Below, in pieces: positions 18,773-29,277 of a DNA stretch of 64,000 nucleotides. The stretch's first letter is position 1, and every line of letters starts with the position of its first letter. Both the position numbers and the translations under genes were made by a program. The stretch comes from Bacilli bacterium (GTDB lineage: Bacteria > Bacillota_I > Bacilli_A > RF39 > UBA660), in the NCBI GenBank assembly GCA_017938725.1, contig JAGBAW010000027.1, positions 696 to 64,695 on the forward strand, in the 5' to 3' direction. A model generated the notes under the pieces. That model ran no database searches. It saw only the letters and a list, made by a program, of their open reading frames with translations, and had not been told where the DNA came from.

Positions 18773-20779
18773 ATGAAAAAGAAAAATTATTTATTTTTAG
18801 CTTTTTTATTTTTTGCGATATCTACATTAATAGTATTTATTATTGATACTAATAAAGCTAATAAAATGGATGATTATAAACAAAAAAAGGAGAATGTTAA
18901 AAAACAAAAGAAAGTTAATAATATAAAAAATGAAGATAGCACTAACGATAATACTAAAGAAGATAGAAAGGGTAAACCATATAAAATAGAGCTTATTAAA
19001 AATAGCGATGAATATAGTAATTCAATTACTAATGATGAACAAATATTACCAGTAAAACAATATCCCGAGACATATACAGTTTATTTTGATTATAATGGTG
19101 GAGTTGAAGGTATTAAAAGTAAAGATGTAACATATAAAAATAAGTATGGATCTTTGCCTATACCTATAAAAGAAGGTTATACATTTGATGGTTGGTATAC
19201 TAATTTAGATTATAATGAAAAAACTACAAATACATCAAAAGTCACAATTAAAGGTAATCATACTTTATATGCTAAATTTAATATAAACGATTATTTAATT
19301 ACATATGATTATAATTACATGAAAGATAACTTATATAAAAATACATCAGAAAAGTCATTTTGGAATTTAGATAATTTTACTATAATGACAAATGATGAAA
19401 CATTTAATTTAGAAAATGTATATAAATTTACATTTGATAAAAATAGTACTAATTTAAAATATAATGAAGAATTAAAGTTAGAAGATGGTAAAACTTATAC
19501 ATATAGTTTATATATAAAATCAAATAAAGAAAAGAATTTATCTATCGGATTTGAAAATGATTTAACTAACATAAATGTAAATGATTCATGGCAAAGATAT
19601 ACCAAAACATTTAAAGCAAATGATTATGAATATAAAAGTTTTGAATTCAATTTAAATAATGATGATAACTTTGATAATGAGGATACACTTTTAATATACG
19701 ATTTTTCAATATCCGAAGGTAATTTAAATGCTAAAACAGAATCTAAAAGGTATGGTGATGAACTAGGTGAGTTGGAAATTCCTATAAGAGATGGATATAC
19801 GTTTGATGGTTGGTATACTGACTTTACATTTAAAGAGAATATTAGTAATAATACTCTGGTTGATAGTTTTGATAAAACCTATTACGCAAAATGGATACCA
19901 AAATTATATACATTAAATATAAATCCTAATAAAGGAGTATATAAGGGTGATTCAACGAGTAAGACATATACTCAAAGCTATGATACGATGATTAAATTAA
20001 TTAATCCAAAAGCGAGTTATAAAATTACATATGATTTAAATAACACTAATGCATCAAATAATAAAAATGAAGATATAATTGATAGACCTTTTAAGGGATT
20101 ATATACTGATGAGGGCAAACTCTATCCTAAAGATACATTTATTTTTAATAAAGATTTATCATTAACAGCACAATATGACGATAATATTGAAGCTACCTTA
20201 GACTCGATATCAAAAAAAGACTATATTTGTTCTTGGAACACAAAAGAAGATGGTACTGGAGAAAAATATGATAGTAATGGGAAAATAAATATTAATGATA
20301 ATATTACATTATATGCCAAGTGTGATAAGATATTAAAATTCGAAAAACCAATTAATTCTGGATGTATAACTAGTGAATATGGTAATAGGATTCATCCAAT
20401 ATATGGATATAATAAATTTCACTCTGGTATTGATATGTCTGGTAGTGATAAAAATATATATCCCATTTCCGATGGGGTAGTCGCAGCATCTGATTATAAT
20501 TCATCTATGGGAAATTATATAATTATATATCATGTCTTAAATGGTCAGAAGTATACATCTTCTTATTATCATCTAGAAAATAGATATGTAAAAAAGAATG
20601 ATAATGTTACTTCTGATACTCTCATTGGAAAAATGGGAAAGACAGGACTTGCAACTGGTGTGCACCTTCATCTAACAATGCATAAGGGATACTTGTATGA
20701 TGGTGATAGTGATATTGTAAATCCAAGGGACTATTTAGATTTTCCAACAGGCCTTTATAATTATTGGTATAATAGGTAA
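18773..20779 (+). CDS. Exported M23-family metallopeptidase (peptidoglycan hydrolase) with Listeria-Bacteroides (Flg_new) repeats
   Basis: Three repeats carrying the YTFDGWYT hallmark. C-terminal M23 motifs HSGIDMSG, YYHLEN and GKTGLATGVHLHLTMH. Confidence 0.85.
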   Translation: MKKKNYLFLAFLFFAISTLIVFIIDTNKANKMDDYKQKKENVKKQKKVNNIKNEDSTNDNTKEDRKGKPYKIELIKNSDEYSNSITNDEQILPVKQYPETYTVYFDYNGGVEGIKSKDVTYKNKYGSLPIPIKEGYTFDGWYTNLDYNEKTTNTSKVTIKGNHTLYAKFNINDYLITYDYNYMKDNLYKNTSEKSFWNLDNFTIMTNDETFNLENVYKFTFDKNSTNLKYNEELKLEDGKTYTYSLYIKSNKEKNLSIGFENDLTNINVNDSWQRYTKTFKANDYEYKSFEFNLNNDDNFDNEDTLLIYDFSISEGNLNAKTESKRYGDELGELEIPIRDGYTFDGWYTDFTFKENISNNTLVDSFDKTYYAKWIPKLYTLNINPNKGVYKGDSTSKTYTQSYDTMIKLINPKASYKITYDLNNTNASNNKNEDIIDRPFKGLYTDEGKLYPKDTFIFNKDLSLTAQYDDNIEATLDSISKKDYICSWNTKEDGTGEKYDSNGKININDNITLYAKCDKILKFEKPINSGCITSEYGNRIHPIYGYNKFHSGIDMSGSDKNIYPISDGVVAASDYNSSMGNYIIIYHVLNGQKYTSSYYHLENRYVKKNDNVTSDTLIGKMGKTGLATGVHLHLTMHKGYLYDGDSDIVNPRDYLDFPTGLYNYWYNR

Positions 20780-20844
20780 ATGTATCAAAAATTATCTTTT
20801 TATTAATAAAAAACTATGATAAAATAGTATTAGGATGTGATTAG

Positions 20845-21960
20845 ATGATTTATTTAGATTATGCTGCAAATTGTCCTGTAGATAAAGAAGTGTTAGAGGA
20901 TTTTAATTTAAATAGTATTTTATATTTTGCAAATCCTAATTCTAGTCATAAATTGGGCTTGGAAGCAAAAGAAAAGATAGATGAGACAACCAAATATATT
21001 GCTAAGATATTTAATTGTAGTGTGGAAAATGTTATTTATACAAGTGGTTCAACTGAATCAAATAACTTAGCTATTAAAGGTTTTGCCGAATTTAATAAAG
21101 ATTGTCATATAATTACAACTGGAATAGAACATTCTTCCATAACAGCCCCATGTAATTATTTATTATCAAAGGGATATAATGTAGATATACTTGAAGTGAA
21201 CTCAGAAGGTCAAATTGATATTTCTAACTTAGTAAAATTAATTGATGATAAAAAAACATTAGTAAGCATTACGAGCGTTGAAAGTGAAACAGGAATAATA
21301 GAAAATATTGAAGAAATAGGCAGAGTTTTAAGTAAATATGATAATGTGGTTTTTCACACGGATGCAACTGGAAGTATAGGTAAAGTAAATATTAATTTTG
21401 AAAATGTGGATATGATAACTTTTTCTCCGCATAAATTTTATGGAATAAATGGAGTAGGGGTACTAATAAAAAAGGGTAATGTAAAATTACTTCCTTTAAT
21501 TCATGGTGGAAAGAGTACAAGTAAGTATAGAAGTGGTACGCCAGCCCTTGCCTTAATATTATCTATAAGAAAGGCCTTAGAACTTGCAATAAATAATATT
21601 GATAAAAATACTAAATATATAAAAGAGTTAAATGAATATTTAAAGAGCAAACTATCAAAGTATTCAAATGTATACTTTAATAGCACTGAAAATTCAATTT
21701 ATAATACATTAAATATTTCAATATTAGGGGTAGATTCAAAAGAATTTTCAAAGGAACTTGAAAATTATGACATCTATATAAGCACTAAATCAGCATGTTC
21801 TTCTGATAAAAATATATCTAAAACAATATATGCAATAACAAAAGATGAAGAAAGAGCAAAGTCTACACTTAGAATAAGCTTATCACATTTAACTACTAAG
21901 GAAGAATTAGATGAATTTTTAAGAGTGTTTGATATTGTTTATAAAAAGATGGTAGGTTAA
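20845..21960 (+). CDS. Cysteine desulfurase (NifS/IscS family, class V aminotransferase)
   Basis: MIYLDYAANCP...HSSI...SPHKFYGINGVGVL (PLP-Lys region) and C-terminal SACSS. Typical NifS architecture. Confidence 0.85.
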   Translation: MIYLDYAANCPVDKEVLEDFNLNSILYFANPNSSHKLGLEAKEKIDETTKYIAKIFNCSVENVIYTSGSTESNNLAIKGFAEFNKDCHIITTGIEHSSITAPCNYLLSKGYNVDILEVNSEGQIDISNLVKLIDDKKTLVSITSVESETGIIENIEEIGRVLSKYDNVVFHTDATGSIGKVNINFENVDMITFSPHKFYGINGVGVLIKKGNVKLLPLIHGGKSTSKYRSGTPALALILSIRKALELAINNIDKNTKYIKELNEYLKSKLSKYSNVYFNSTENSIYNTLNISILGVDSKEFSKELENYDIYISTKSACSSDKNISKTIYAITKDEERAKSTLRISLSHLTTKEELDEFLRVFDIVYKKMVG

Positions 21961-21962
21961 TA

Positions 21963-22784
21963 ATGGAAAAATATAAAGAAGTAGAAAGAAGTATTATAAA
22001 AAAATATAGGAAAGAATTATTTAGACCATTTGTTAGGGCTCTTGATAAATATAAATTAATAAAGGAAAATGATAAAATTGCTGTATGTATTTCGGGAGGT
22101 AAGGATTCATTTTTAATGGCTAAATTATTCCAAGAAATAAAAAATCATGGAAAAATTAAATTTGATCTAGAATTTATATGTATGGACCCGGGCTATAATA
22201 AAGAAAATAGAAAATTAATAGAAGAAAATTCTAAACTATTAAATATACCTATAAAAATATTTTCATCAGATGTATTTGAAGTTGCTGATAAGGTATCAAA
22301 GGAAAGTCCTTGTTATTTATGTGCTAGAATGAGAAGGGGCTATTTATATAGTAAAGCTAAAGAACTTGGCTGTAATAAAATAGCCTTAGGCCATCACTTT
22401 GATGATGTTATAGAAACAATACTTTTAAATTTATTCTATGGATGTGAAATAAAATCTATGATGCCAAAATTACATAGTACTAATTTTGAAGGATTAGAAC
22501 TTATAAGACCACTTTATTTAATAAAAGAAGATGACATTATTGCTTGGAAGAATTTTAATGAGCTTAAATTTTTAAATTGTGCATGTAAATTTACTGAAGA
22601 GTATTCAAAAGATGAGAGAGATTCTAAGAGATATGAAATGAAATACCTTATAAAAGAGTTAAAAAAGAAAAATAAGAATGTAGATGTTAATATATTTACT
22701 GCAATGGAAAATATAAATCTAGATACAATTGTAAGATATAAAAAAGGTGGAAAGGAATATAACTTTTTAGATGATTATGAATAA
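21963..22784 (+). CDS. PP-loop ATPase of the TtcA/tRNA-thiolation family
   Basis: CISGGKDSFLMA is an SGGxDS PP-loop. CxxC (CYLCARMRRG) and C-terminal Cys pair. Follows directly after the cysteine desulfurase (3-nt gap). Confidence 0.8.
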   Translation: MEKYKEVERSIIKKYRKELFRPFVRALDKYKLIKENDKIAVCISGGKDSFLMAKLFQEIKNHGKIKFDLEFICMDPGYNKENRKLIEENSKLLNIPIKIFSSDVFEVADKVSKESPCYLCARMRRGYLYSKAKELGCNKIALGHHFDDVIETILLNLFYGCEIKSMMPKLHSTNFEGLELIRPLYLIKEDDIIAWKNFNELKFLNCACKFTEEYSKDERDSKRYEMKYLIKELKKKNKNVDVNIFTAMENINLDTIVRYKKGGKEYNFLDDYE

Positions 22785-22856
22785 AAGTATAGTAATATAC
22801 TTTTTAATTTTATCAAATTATAGAATATAAAACATATATTTAATTAGGTGAAATAT

Positions 22857-23456
22857 ATGTATGAAATGATAAAACTAAAATATAATTACAAAGATTTAGA
22901 ACCATATTATGATAGTAGTATGTTTAATTACCATTATAATGTTTTATATAAAGGTTATACTGATAATTTGAATAAAATAACGAATGAGTTCGATGTAGAT
23001 AGAAAAACAGATAACTTTACTAATATCCAATCTTTATCTAAGAGAATGTCTTTTAATGCAAATGCCTATATACTTCATAGTTTATTTTTTGAAAATTTAA
23101 TTCCTATGCCAAATAAGACTTTATTAAGTACAGAACTTGTTAATCATATAAAGAAAGACTTTGGATCTTACGATTCATTTATTGATGAACTTAATGCATC
23201 TCTTTTAAATATAGAAGGCCCAGGTTGGGTAGTATTTGGATATGATAAATTTTTAGATAAATTATTAATAACTCAAATTGAAAAACATCAAGAGATGCCA
23301 CTTGTAGATTTCATTCCACTTTTAGTGATAGACGTTTGGGAACACTCATATTATCTTCAATATAAAACGGATAAAAAAGAGTATATTAGAAATTTATTTT
23401 ATATACTTGATTTCAATGTAGTAACGGATAGATATAATAAAATTTATTTACCCTAG
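22857..23456 (+). CDS. Fe/Mn superoxide dismutase-family protein
   Basis: LKYNYKDLEPYYDSSMFNYHYNVLYKGYTDNLNK aligns to the SOD N-terminus (LPY.YDALEP...HH.KHH..Y..NLN). C-terminal IDVWEHSYYLQYKTDKKEYI matches D.WEHAYYL.Y.N.R..Y. ATG 22857 after RBS aggtga. Confidence 0.8.
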   Translation: MYEMIKLKYNYKDLEPYYDSSMFNYHYNVLYKGYTDNLNKITNEFDVDRKTDNFTNIQSLSKRMSFNANAYILHSLFFENLIPMPNKTLLSTELVNHIKKDFGSYDSFIDELNASLLNIEGPGWVVFGYDKFLDKLLITQIEKHQEMPLVDFIPLLVIDVWEHSYYLQYKTDKKEYIRNLFYILDFNVVTDRYNKIYLP

Positions 23457-23521
23457 TATTATTTGCAGAATAAAAAATATTATGATATAATACCAATCTT
23501 GGAACGAGGTTGAAAAATATT

Positions 23522-24388
23522 ATGACAATATATGAAGAATTATATAAAAATTATCCAGGTTTATCTAAATTTTATAGATTTGAAGGCGTTAATATGTCTT
23601 TTCCATATTTTAATGCCAAAAATGGTAATATATGCATTAAAAGTTCAGATCCATATATATACTTTTCAAGTAGTATTGCTCATCATAAGTATTATGTTTC
23701 AAAGAGATTACGACAGTTAATACAAAATAAGATATTGTCATTTTCAGAAATAAAGCTTGATTATAAAAGCCTTATTTGTTTTGATACCTTTAAAGAAATT
23801 GTAAGAATAATAGAGACTTATGAAATGGATGATGAAATGATTAGTTATGAATGTAGTACATCTAGAATTATGTTAGAATTATTATATAAGAACACTATAG
23901 ATAATAGATATAAAAGTTCAGGTGATCGTAGAGTAGAGAGATGCGATCAAACAAAGCACAAAGGTGGCTACGGTTTTTGTGAAGAATGGTTAGAGATATT
24001 CAATTTATTAACTTATTTTTATTGTTATCAAAAAATAACAAGGGATAATTTGATAGATTATTTATATGCGAAAAGAGAAAAAATATTAAATCCGTCATTA
24101 GCTAATGGACCTTGCGCATTTTTAAGAGAGAAAAATCGAATAATTACAATTAATAATAATTTATTTAATTCATATGGGAAATATGATCTTATGGATGCAC
24201 TTGAAAGAATTATTGAAAAAGGCCTATATTTTAAAGGTTCTAACCTTGATAAAGATAGTTATGGTCAAATAAAAAGGGTGATTAATCAGTATTGTGAAGA
24301 AAAAGAAAAAATATTAAGACTAACAGATGATATATTTACAAAAAATATATCATCAATAAGAGGAAATAAATTACAGAATATAAATTAA
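23522..24388 (+). CDS. Hypothetical protein
   Basis: Long ORF with no recognised motifs; start chosen at ATG 23522. Confidence 0.55.
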   Translation: MTIYEELYKNYPGLSKFYRFEGVNMSFPYFNAKNGNICIKSSDPYIYFSSSIAHHKYYVSKRLRQLIQNKILSFSEIKLDYKSLICFDTFKEIVRIIETYEMDDEMISYECSTSRIMLELLYKNTIDNRYKSSGDRRVERCDQTKHKGGYGFCEEWLEIFNLLTYFYCYQKITRDNLIDYLYAKREKILNPSLANGPCAFLREKNRIITINNNLFNSYGKYDLMDALERIIEKGLYFKGSNLDKDSYGQIKRVINQYCEEKEKILRLTDDIFTKNISSIRGNKLQNIN

Positions 24389-24551
24389 TGATTAAAATAT
24401 ATAAGATTATTTTGTATTAAATATACAAAGTAAACCTATGTATTTACTTATATAAATGTTATAATATAGCATGAAATAGGGTGGTATTATTTATAGTGTA
24501 AAGAAAAATATAGATAAAATTATTCGTGGTGAAAGTACATATTTTGTTGAT

Positions 24552-25169
24552 ATGAAGGATTATAAAAGAATCGTTTGCGGGTTAAAAAAGATCAAATATA
24601 ATATCTATAGGCCTTTTAATGATGCAACTAAGGTAATATTTTATAAAGATAATATTCCAAAGATTAAATTATACGAAATTAAATCTGATATTCCCCTTCG
24701 CCACCAAGATATATTAGGAACACTTTATTCGCTTAATATTTCATCTGAAATGTTTGGTGATGTAATAGTAGATAATGATAAATATTATATTATAATATTA
24801 AATTTAATAGATAATTATATTAATCAAAATCTTAATATGATAAAAAACTCCAATATAAAATTAGAACCAAGAAGTATAAATATATTAAAAAATTATGAAC
24901 AAAAATATGAAGAATATGAAATAATAGCATCAAGTCTTAGAATAGATACAGTGGTAGCAAGAATTACAAATATAAATAGACAAAAGATAATTGATAAAAT
25001 AAAAAATAAGGAAATAATTATCAATTATGAAGTATTAACTAAATCATCATATATTTTAAAAGAGGGTGATATATTTAGTATAAAAAAATATGGGAAATAT
25101 AAATTTATAGGAGTTACTAAGCAAACAAAGAAAAATAATTATGTCATAAAGTATTTAAAGTATATTTAA
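24552..25169 (+). CDS. YlmH-like RNA-binding protein (S4 domain)
   Basis: C-terminal RIDTVVARITNINRQKIIDKIKNKEIIINYEVLTKSSYILKEGDIFSI fits an S4 domain (RLD...SR.....I..G.V.VN...v...s..v..gD.i.i). Confidence 0.65.
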   Translation: MKDYKRIVCGLKKIKYNIYRPFNDATKVIFYKDNIPKIKLYEIKSDIPLRHQDILGTLYSLNISSEMFGDVIVDNDKYYIIILNLIDNYINQNLNMIKNSNIKLEPRSINILKNYEQKYEEYEIIASSLRIDTVVARITNINRQKIIDKIKNKEIIINYEVLTKSSYILKEGDIFSIKKYGKYKFIGVTKQTKKNNYVIKYLKYI

Positions 25170-25275
25170 TAATAAGTGTGAATTATAATCAAAATTTTAC
25201 CTTATATCAGTTATAAAAGATGTTGTAAAATGTAAAATTATGTATTATAATGTTAATTAGGAGGAGTGTTCAAGT

Positions 25276-27294
25276 ATGGGAAAAAAAGATGATTCTAAAA
25301 ATATAAATGAAGAATCAAAAACAGAAGTACAACCAGAAACTAAACAAGAAGAGGTTATTAAAGAACCTATAAAGACGGATGAGAAAAATATAACAGAGGA
25401 AAAGTCTAAAAATTCAGGGCTAATTTTAAAAATTGTAATTTCATTTATAATCTTACTTGTTATTATTATAGGTGGTAAGTTAATTTTCTCTAAATTTAAA
25501 GATGATGATAGTATTACAGGTGTTAGAAAATTATTAAAGACAAAATATGCAGATATTACATGTATAAACTTAGATTGTGATGGTTTTATTGCAATAGATG
25601 GGGATAAATTATCTAAATATAAGGTAATACTTTATAATGTAGATGGTAAAAAAGTAGCAAATTATAAAGTAAATTATGATAGTGCAAATAAAACGACAGA
25701 AGTTCCAATAGAAATAGGGGATAATTATTATTTATCAACTACTGTTAGCGTTGATAAGTTAAAAATATCAAAATATTCAATAAGAAATAAACGTGGTAAG
25801 GTAGTTTATGAAACAGAAAATAAATTAGAAATATTAAATGATAATTTTATTCTAATGACTGAAGATAAAACTTCAGATGACAAATATACTTTATTAAACA
25901 AGAAAGGTAAAGTTGTATATAAGGATTTAGATGATGTGGATTCTTATATCAATGGGGATTATATTACAATATCAGCAAATGACACTTATTCTATATTAAA
26001 TTCTAAAGGTGATAAGATATTAGATGGTTATAAAATTTCAAAAATAGTAACTGATGAGGATGATGAACCTGTTTTTGCAATAATAAGAAATGCAAAAGAG
26101 GATATTTATAATTATTATAACTTAAATAAAAATAAAGTTATTGGTGATAGTTTTGATAGCTATACTCAAAATGATGATGATTTAGAATTTACAATTACTA
26201 AAAAAGAAAATGATAAAAGAGTTAAATATACTTTATTTAAAGATGGAAAACAAGAAAAAATAGGTGTAGATAATGAAGATTTAGAAAAAGATATAAAGGA
26301 AAAAATAAATAATGAAGTTTATACGCTTTATGATGATGGTATTTCTGGTGAAGACCAAAAATATATCTTTGTAGATAATAAAAAAGATAAATCTTTTGGA
26401 ATATTGAATATAGAAAATAATAAATATACTCAAATTTATTCTTATAAACAAGACAGAAAATATTTTTATTCAACAATTTCTGAGATTGATTCAGAAGATA
26501 ATTCATATTTTAAGATAACTTGTTCTTCTTATAATTGTGATTCTAAAAGAGCAATTATATATAATTTGGATGAAAATAAGGAATTATATAAAACAGAAGG
26601 CGAATTAGATATATCAAGTTATACACAATATGATGATGGATATAAAGTTATAAAATTTGCTTCATTTGGCAATGATAAATATTCAGGTAAATATGTAGTG
26701 TTCGATAAAGATAATAAGGAATTATCAGTTTCAAAAAATAGCATTTTAATAGTGGACAAGGAATTAGTCGCTGGAAGAGAGTCAAAATATTCAATATCAT
26801 TATATTCAGTAAAAAAGAATAAGATATTAAATAAAGAAGTTGTTTCAGCTATGAATGTAGCAGATGAAGTTTTATATAAATATAATGACGATAATAATAC
26901 AATAATACTAAATTCTAAGGGAGAGGAAATAATAAATGTAAAAAAAGATGATTATCTTGAACTTAGTGGTGAGAGTTATATATATATTAAAAATAATATT
27001 ATAAATATATATAATATAGAAAAAGATAAAACATATAAATATAAATCTAAAGAAAATGAAAAATTAAATTCATCATCTGGTTATATAATAAAACCATTTA
27101 GAAATGCAATATTCTTAAATAATAGTTCAGATAAATATGTTAAGATACTTAACTTTAAAGGAAATCAAATTAAGAAGATAAAAAATGTAGAGATATCATC
27201 TGTTGAGATTAATAAAAATGCTAAGAAGGCATTTATAATTGTTAGAAAAACATCCGAAAAAGGAAATACATACGGACTATATGTAGCAGAATAA
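25276..27294 (+). CDS. Membrane-anchored repetitive surface protein (K/D/Y-rich beta-rich repeats), hypothetical
   Basis: Charged N-terminus and single TM helix (LILKIVISFIILLVIIIGG), then ~600 aa of degenerate ~40-50 aa repeats (motifs like Y.L.N.KGK.V, D.Y..I). Confidence 0.7.
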   Translation: MGKKDDSKNINEESKTEVQPETKQEEVIKEPIKTDEKNITEEKSKNSGLILKIVISFIILLVIIIGGKLIFSKFKDDDSITGVRKLLKTKYADITCINLDCDGFIAIDGDKLSKYKVILYNVDGKKVANYKVNYDSANKTTEVPIEIGDNYYLSTTVSVDKLKISKYSIRNKRGKVVYETENKLEILNDNFILMTEDKTSDDKYTLLNKKGKVVYKDLDDVDSYINGDYITISANDTYSILNSKGDKILDGYKISKIVTDEDDEPVFAIIRNAKEDIYNYYNLNKNKVIGDSFDSYTQNDDDLEFTITKKENDKRVKYTLFKDGKQEKIGVDNEDLEKDIKEKINNEVYTLYDDGISGEDQKYIFVDNKKDKSFGILNIENNKYTQIYSYKQDRKYFYSTISEIDSEDNSYFKITCSSYNCDSKRAIIYNLDENKELYKTEGELDISSYTQYDDGYKVIKFASFGNDKYSGKYVVFDKDNKELSVSKNSILIVDKELVAGRESKYSISLYSVKKNKILNKEVVSAMNVADEVLYKYNDDNNTIILNSKGEEIINVKKDDYLELSGESYIYIKNNIINIYNIEKDKTYKYKSKENEKLNSSSGYIIKPFRNAIFLNNSSDKYVKILNFKGNQIKKIKNVEISSVEINKNAKKAFIIVRKTSEKGNTYGLYVAE

Positions 27295-27332
27295 AGTTTT
27301 ATAACATTGGTATTGAATTTATAAACACCTTT

Positions 27333-27365
27333 AAGAAGATTATTATTTTATAATCTTCTTTTAAT
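27333..27365 (+). terminator. Rho-independent terminator
   Basis: aagaagatta / taatcttctt 10-bp stem followed by ttaat. Confidence 0.6.
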
Positions 27366-27617
27366 ATGGTTAAATTACAATATCACATTCTAAAACTAGG
27401 AAAATAAAAAGAAAAGAGTTAGACAGTCATGAAAATAGATACTGGAATCCTCGTTATAATCTGCCTAAACTCAATCGCATAATTTTACTTTAAATGAGTA
27501 ATATTATTATACTTATAAAAAATGATTCGCAACTTTGTTAATTTACTATCTGCATTATACGTGGTACAATATTAAAGTATAAATAGAACCAAAAAGTCAT
27601 TTATAGAGGTGATTTAC

Positions 27618-28280
27618 TTGAAAAAGATTTTAATTGTGGAAGATAATATTAATATTCATAATGTACTAGAAGAATTATTAATAAATGCCAATTATGCAAC
27701 TTATAATGCTTATTCAGGAACAGAGGCATTACTACTATTAGAAAAAGAAAAATACGATTTAATACTATTAGATTTAATGTTACCAGGAGTGTGTGGAGAA
27801 GAATTAATAGAAAAAATTAACGATACTCCAATAATAGTATTAAGCGCTAAAATTTCATCTGAAGATAAAGTGAATTGTTTACAGAGTGGTGCGAATGATT
27901 ACATAATAAAACCTTTTGATTCTAAAGAATTACTTGCAAGAATAGAGGTACAATTAAGGTCAAAAATTAAGTCTAGTATTACAGAAACATTAAAATATAA
28001 AGATTTAGAATTATTAAATGATAATCATACATTACTAATTTGCGGGCATAAAGTAAATTTAACGAAAACCGAATATACTATTTTAAAACATTTACTTTTG
28101 AATCCAAGTCAAGTAGTTACAAAAACTAAACTATTAGACTTGATTAGTATAGATTTTGGGGATTGTGATGAATCTTCACTAAAGGTACATATAAGTAATA
28201 TTCGCAAAAAAATTAAGAGAGTAACAAATGAAAATTATATTGAATCGGTTTGGGGAATAGGTTTTAAAATGTATGATTAA
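27618..28280 (+). CDS. OmpR-family response regulator
   Basis: Receiver LIVEDN...DLILLDLMLPG...K and winged-helix C-terminus. TTG 27618 preferred (RBS gaggtga 5 nt upstream). Confidence 0.88.
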   Translation: MKKILIVEDNINIHNVLEELLINANYATYNAYSGTEALLLLEKEKYDLILLDLMLPGVCGEELIEKINDTPIIVLSAKISSEDKVNCLQSGANDYIIKPFDSKELLARIEVQLRSKIKSSITETLKYKDLELLNDNHTLLICGHKVNLTKTEYTILKHLLLNPSQVVTKTKLLDLISIDFGDCDESSLKVHISNIRKKIKRVTNENYIESVWGIGFKMYD

Positions 28281-28294
28281 AAATCTTTACTAAA

Positions 28295-28324
28295 TCTTAA
28301 CTTTTTCTTAACCATTTTCTTAAC
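28295..28324 (+). promoter_or_regulatory. Three helically phased direct repeats TCTTAAC (28295, 28306, 28318), candidate OmpR-type response-regulator binding site
   Basis: Repeats spaced 11-12 bp, 40-70 bp upstream of ABC gene 28363 and just downstream of RR gene 27618. Confidence 0.45.
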
Positions 28325-28362
28325 TATTTCTTGTTAAACTAAACGAAGAAAGGAGAAAGATT

Positions 28363-29277
28363 ATGGAGATAATATTAGAAACAAATAATCTTGAAAAAAA
28401 ATATAAGGATTTTAGAGCCTTAAATCACGCCAATATTCATATTGAAAAAGGTGCAATATATGGACTTATTGGGAAAAATGGTGCAGGAAAAACCACACTT
28501 ATTAGAATTATTTGTGGACTGCAAGAGCCTACAAGTGGTACTTATACTATTTATGGTGTAGATAATAGTAGCAGTAATATAGAAAGTGTTAGAAAGAGGA
28601 TGGGAGCAATCATTGAAACTCCATCAATTTATGGAGAGATGACTGCTAGAGATAACTTGATAGAACAATACAAATTAGTAGGAATGCCAAGTCTTGAAGG
28701 TATTGATGATTTATTAAAATTAGTAGGATTAGAGAATACTGGAAATAAAAAAGCAAAGAACTTTTCTTTAGGAATGAAACAAAGACTTGGAATTGCTATC
28801 GCTCTTGCTAATAATCCAGATTTCTTAATTTTAGATGAGCCTATCAATGGACTTGATCCACAAGGAATTATAGAAATTAGAGAGTTGATTTTAAAATTAA
28901 ACAAAGAGAGTAGAATTACTATTTTAATTTCTAGCCATTATTTAGATGAGTTATCAAAAATAGCAACGCACTATGGATTCTTAGATAATGGTTCTATTAT
29001 TAAAGAAATAAGTAGTGAAGAACTTATGAAAAAAATGGAACATAAACTCACATTAAAAGTAAGTAATCAAAAAGACTTTGTTAAGTATTTTGAAGAAAAT
29101 AAGATTTCTTATGAAGTAATTGATAATAAGACAATAGATGTTTATGGAAAATATAATTTATCAAAATTTATTAACGAACTATCCAAGAAAAACTTAATAG
29201 CAGACGATATTCACGAACAAGAAGAATCACTAGAAAACTATTATATGAATTTAATTGGAGGTGGGAAAAATGATTAA
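28363..29277 (+). CDS. ABC transporter ATP-binding protein (lantibiotic/bacitracin-immunity type)
   Basis: Walker A GKNGAGKTT, signature LSLGMKQRL, Walker B ILDEP. Confidence 0.9.
   Translation: MEIILETNNLEKKYKDFRALNHANIHIEKGAIYGLIGKNGAGKTTLIRIICGLQEPTSGTYTIYGVDNSSSNIESVRKRMGAIIETPSIYGEMTARDNLIEQYKLVGMPSLEGIDDLLKLVGLENTGNKKAKNFSLGMKQRLGIAIALANNPDFLILDEPINGLDPQGIIEIRELILKLNKESRITILISSHYLDELSKIATHYGFLDNGSIIKEISSEELMKKMEHKLTLKVSNQKDFVKYFEENKISYEVIDNKTIDVYGKYNLSKFINELSKKNLIADDIHEQEESLENYYMNLIGGGKND

Noticed and set aside
23532-23720. 62-aa nested ORF in an alternative frame of 23522-24388
   Set aside because: Nested within a longer ORF with no independent support.
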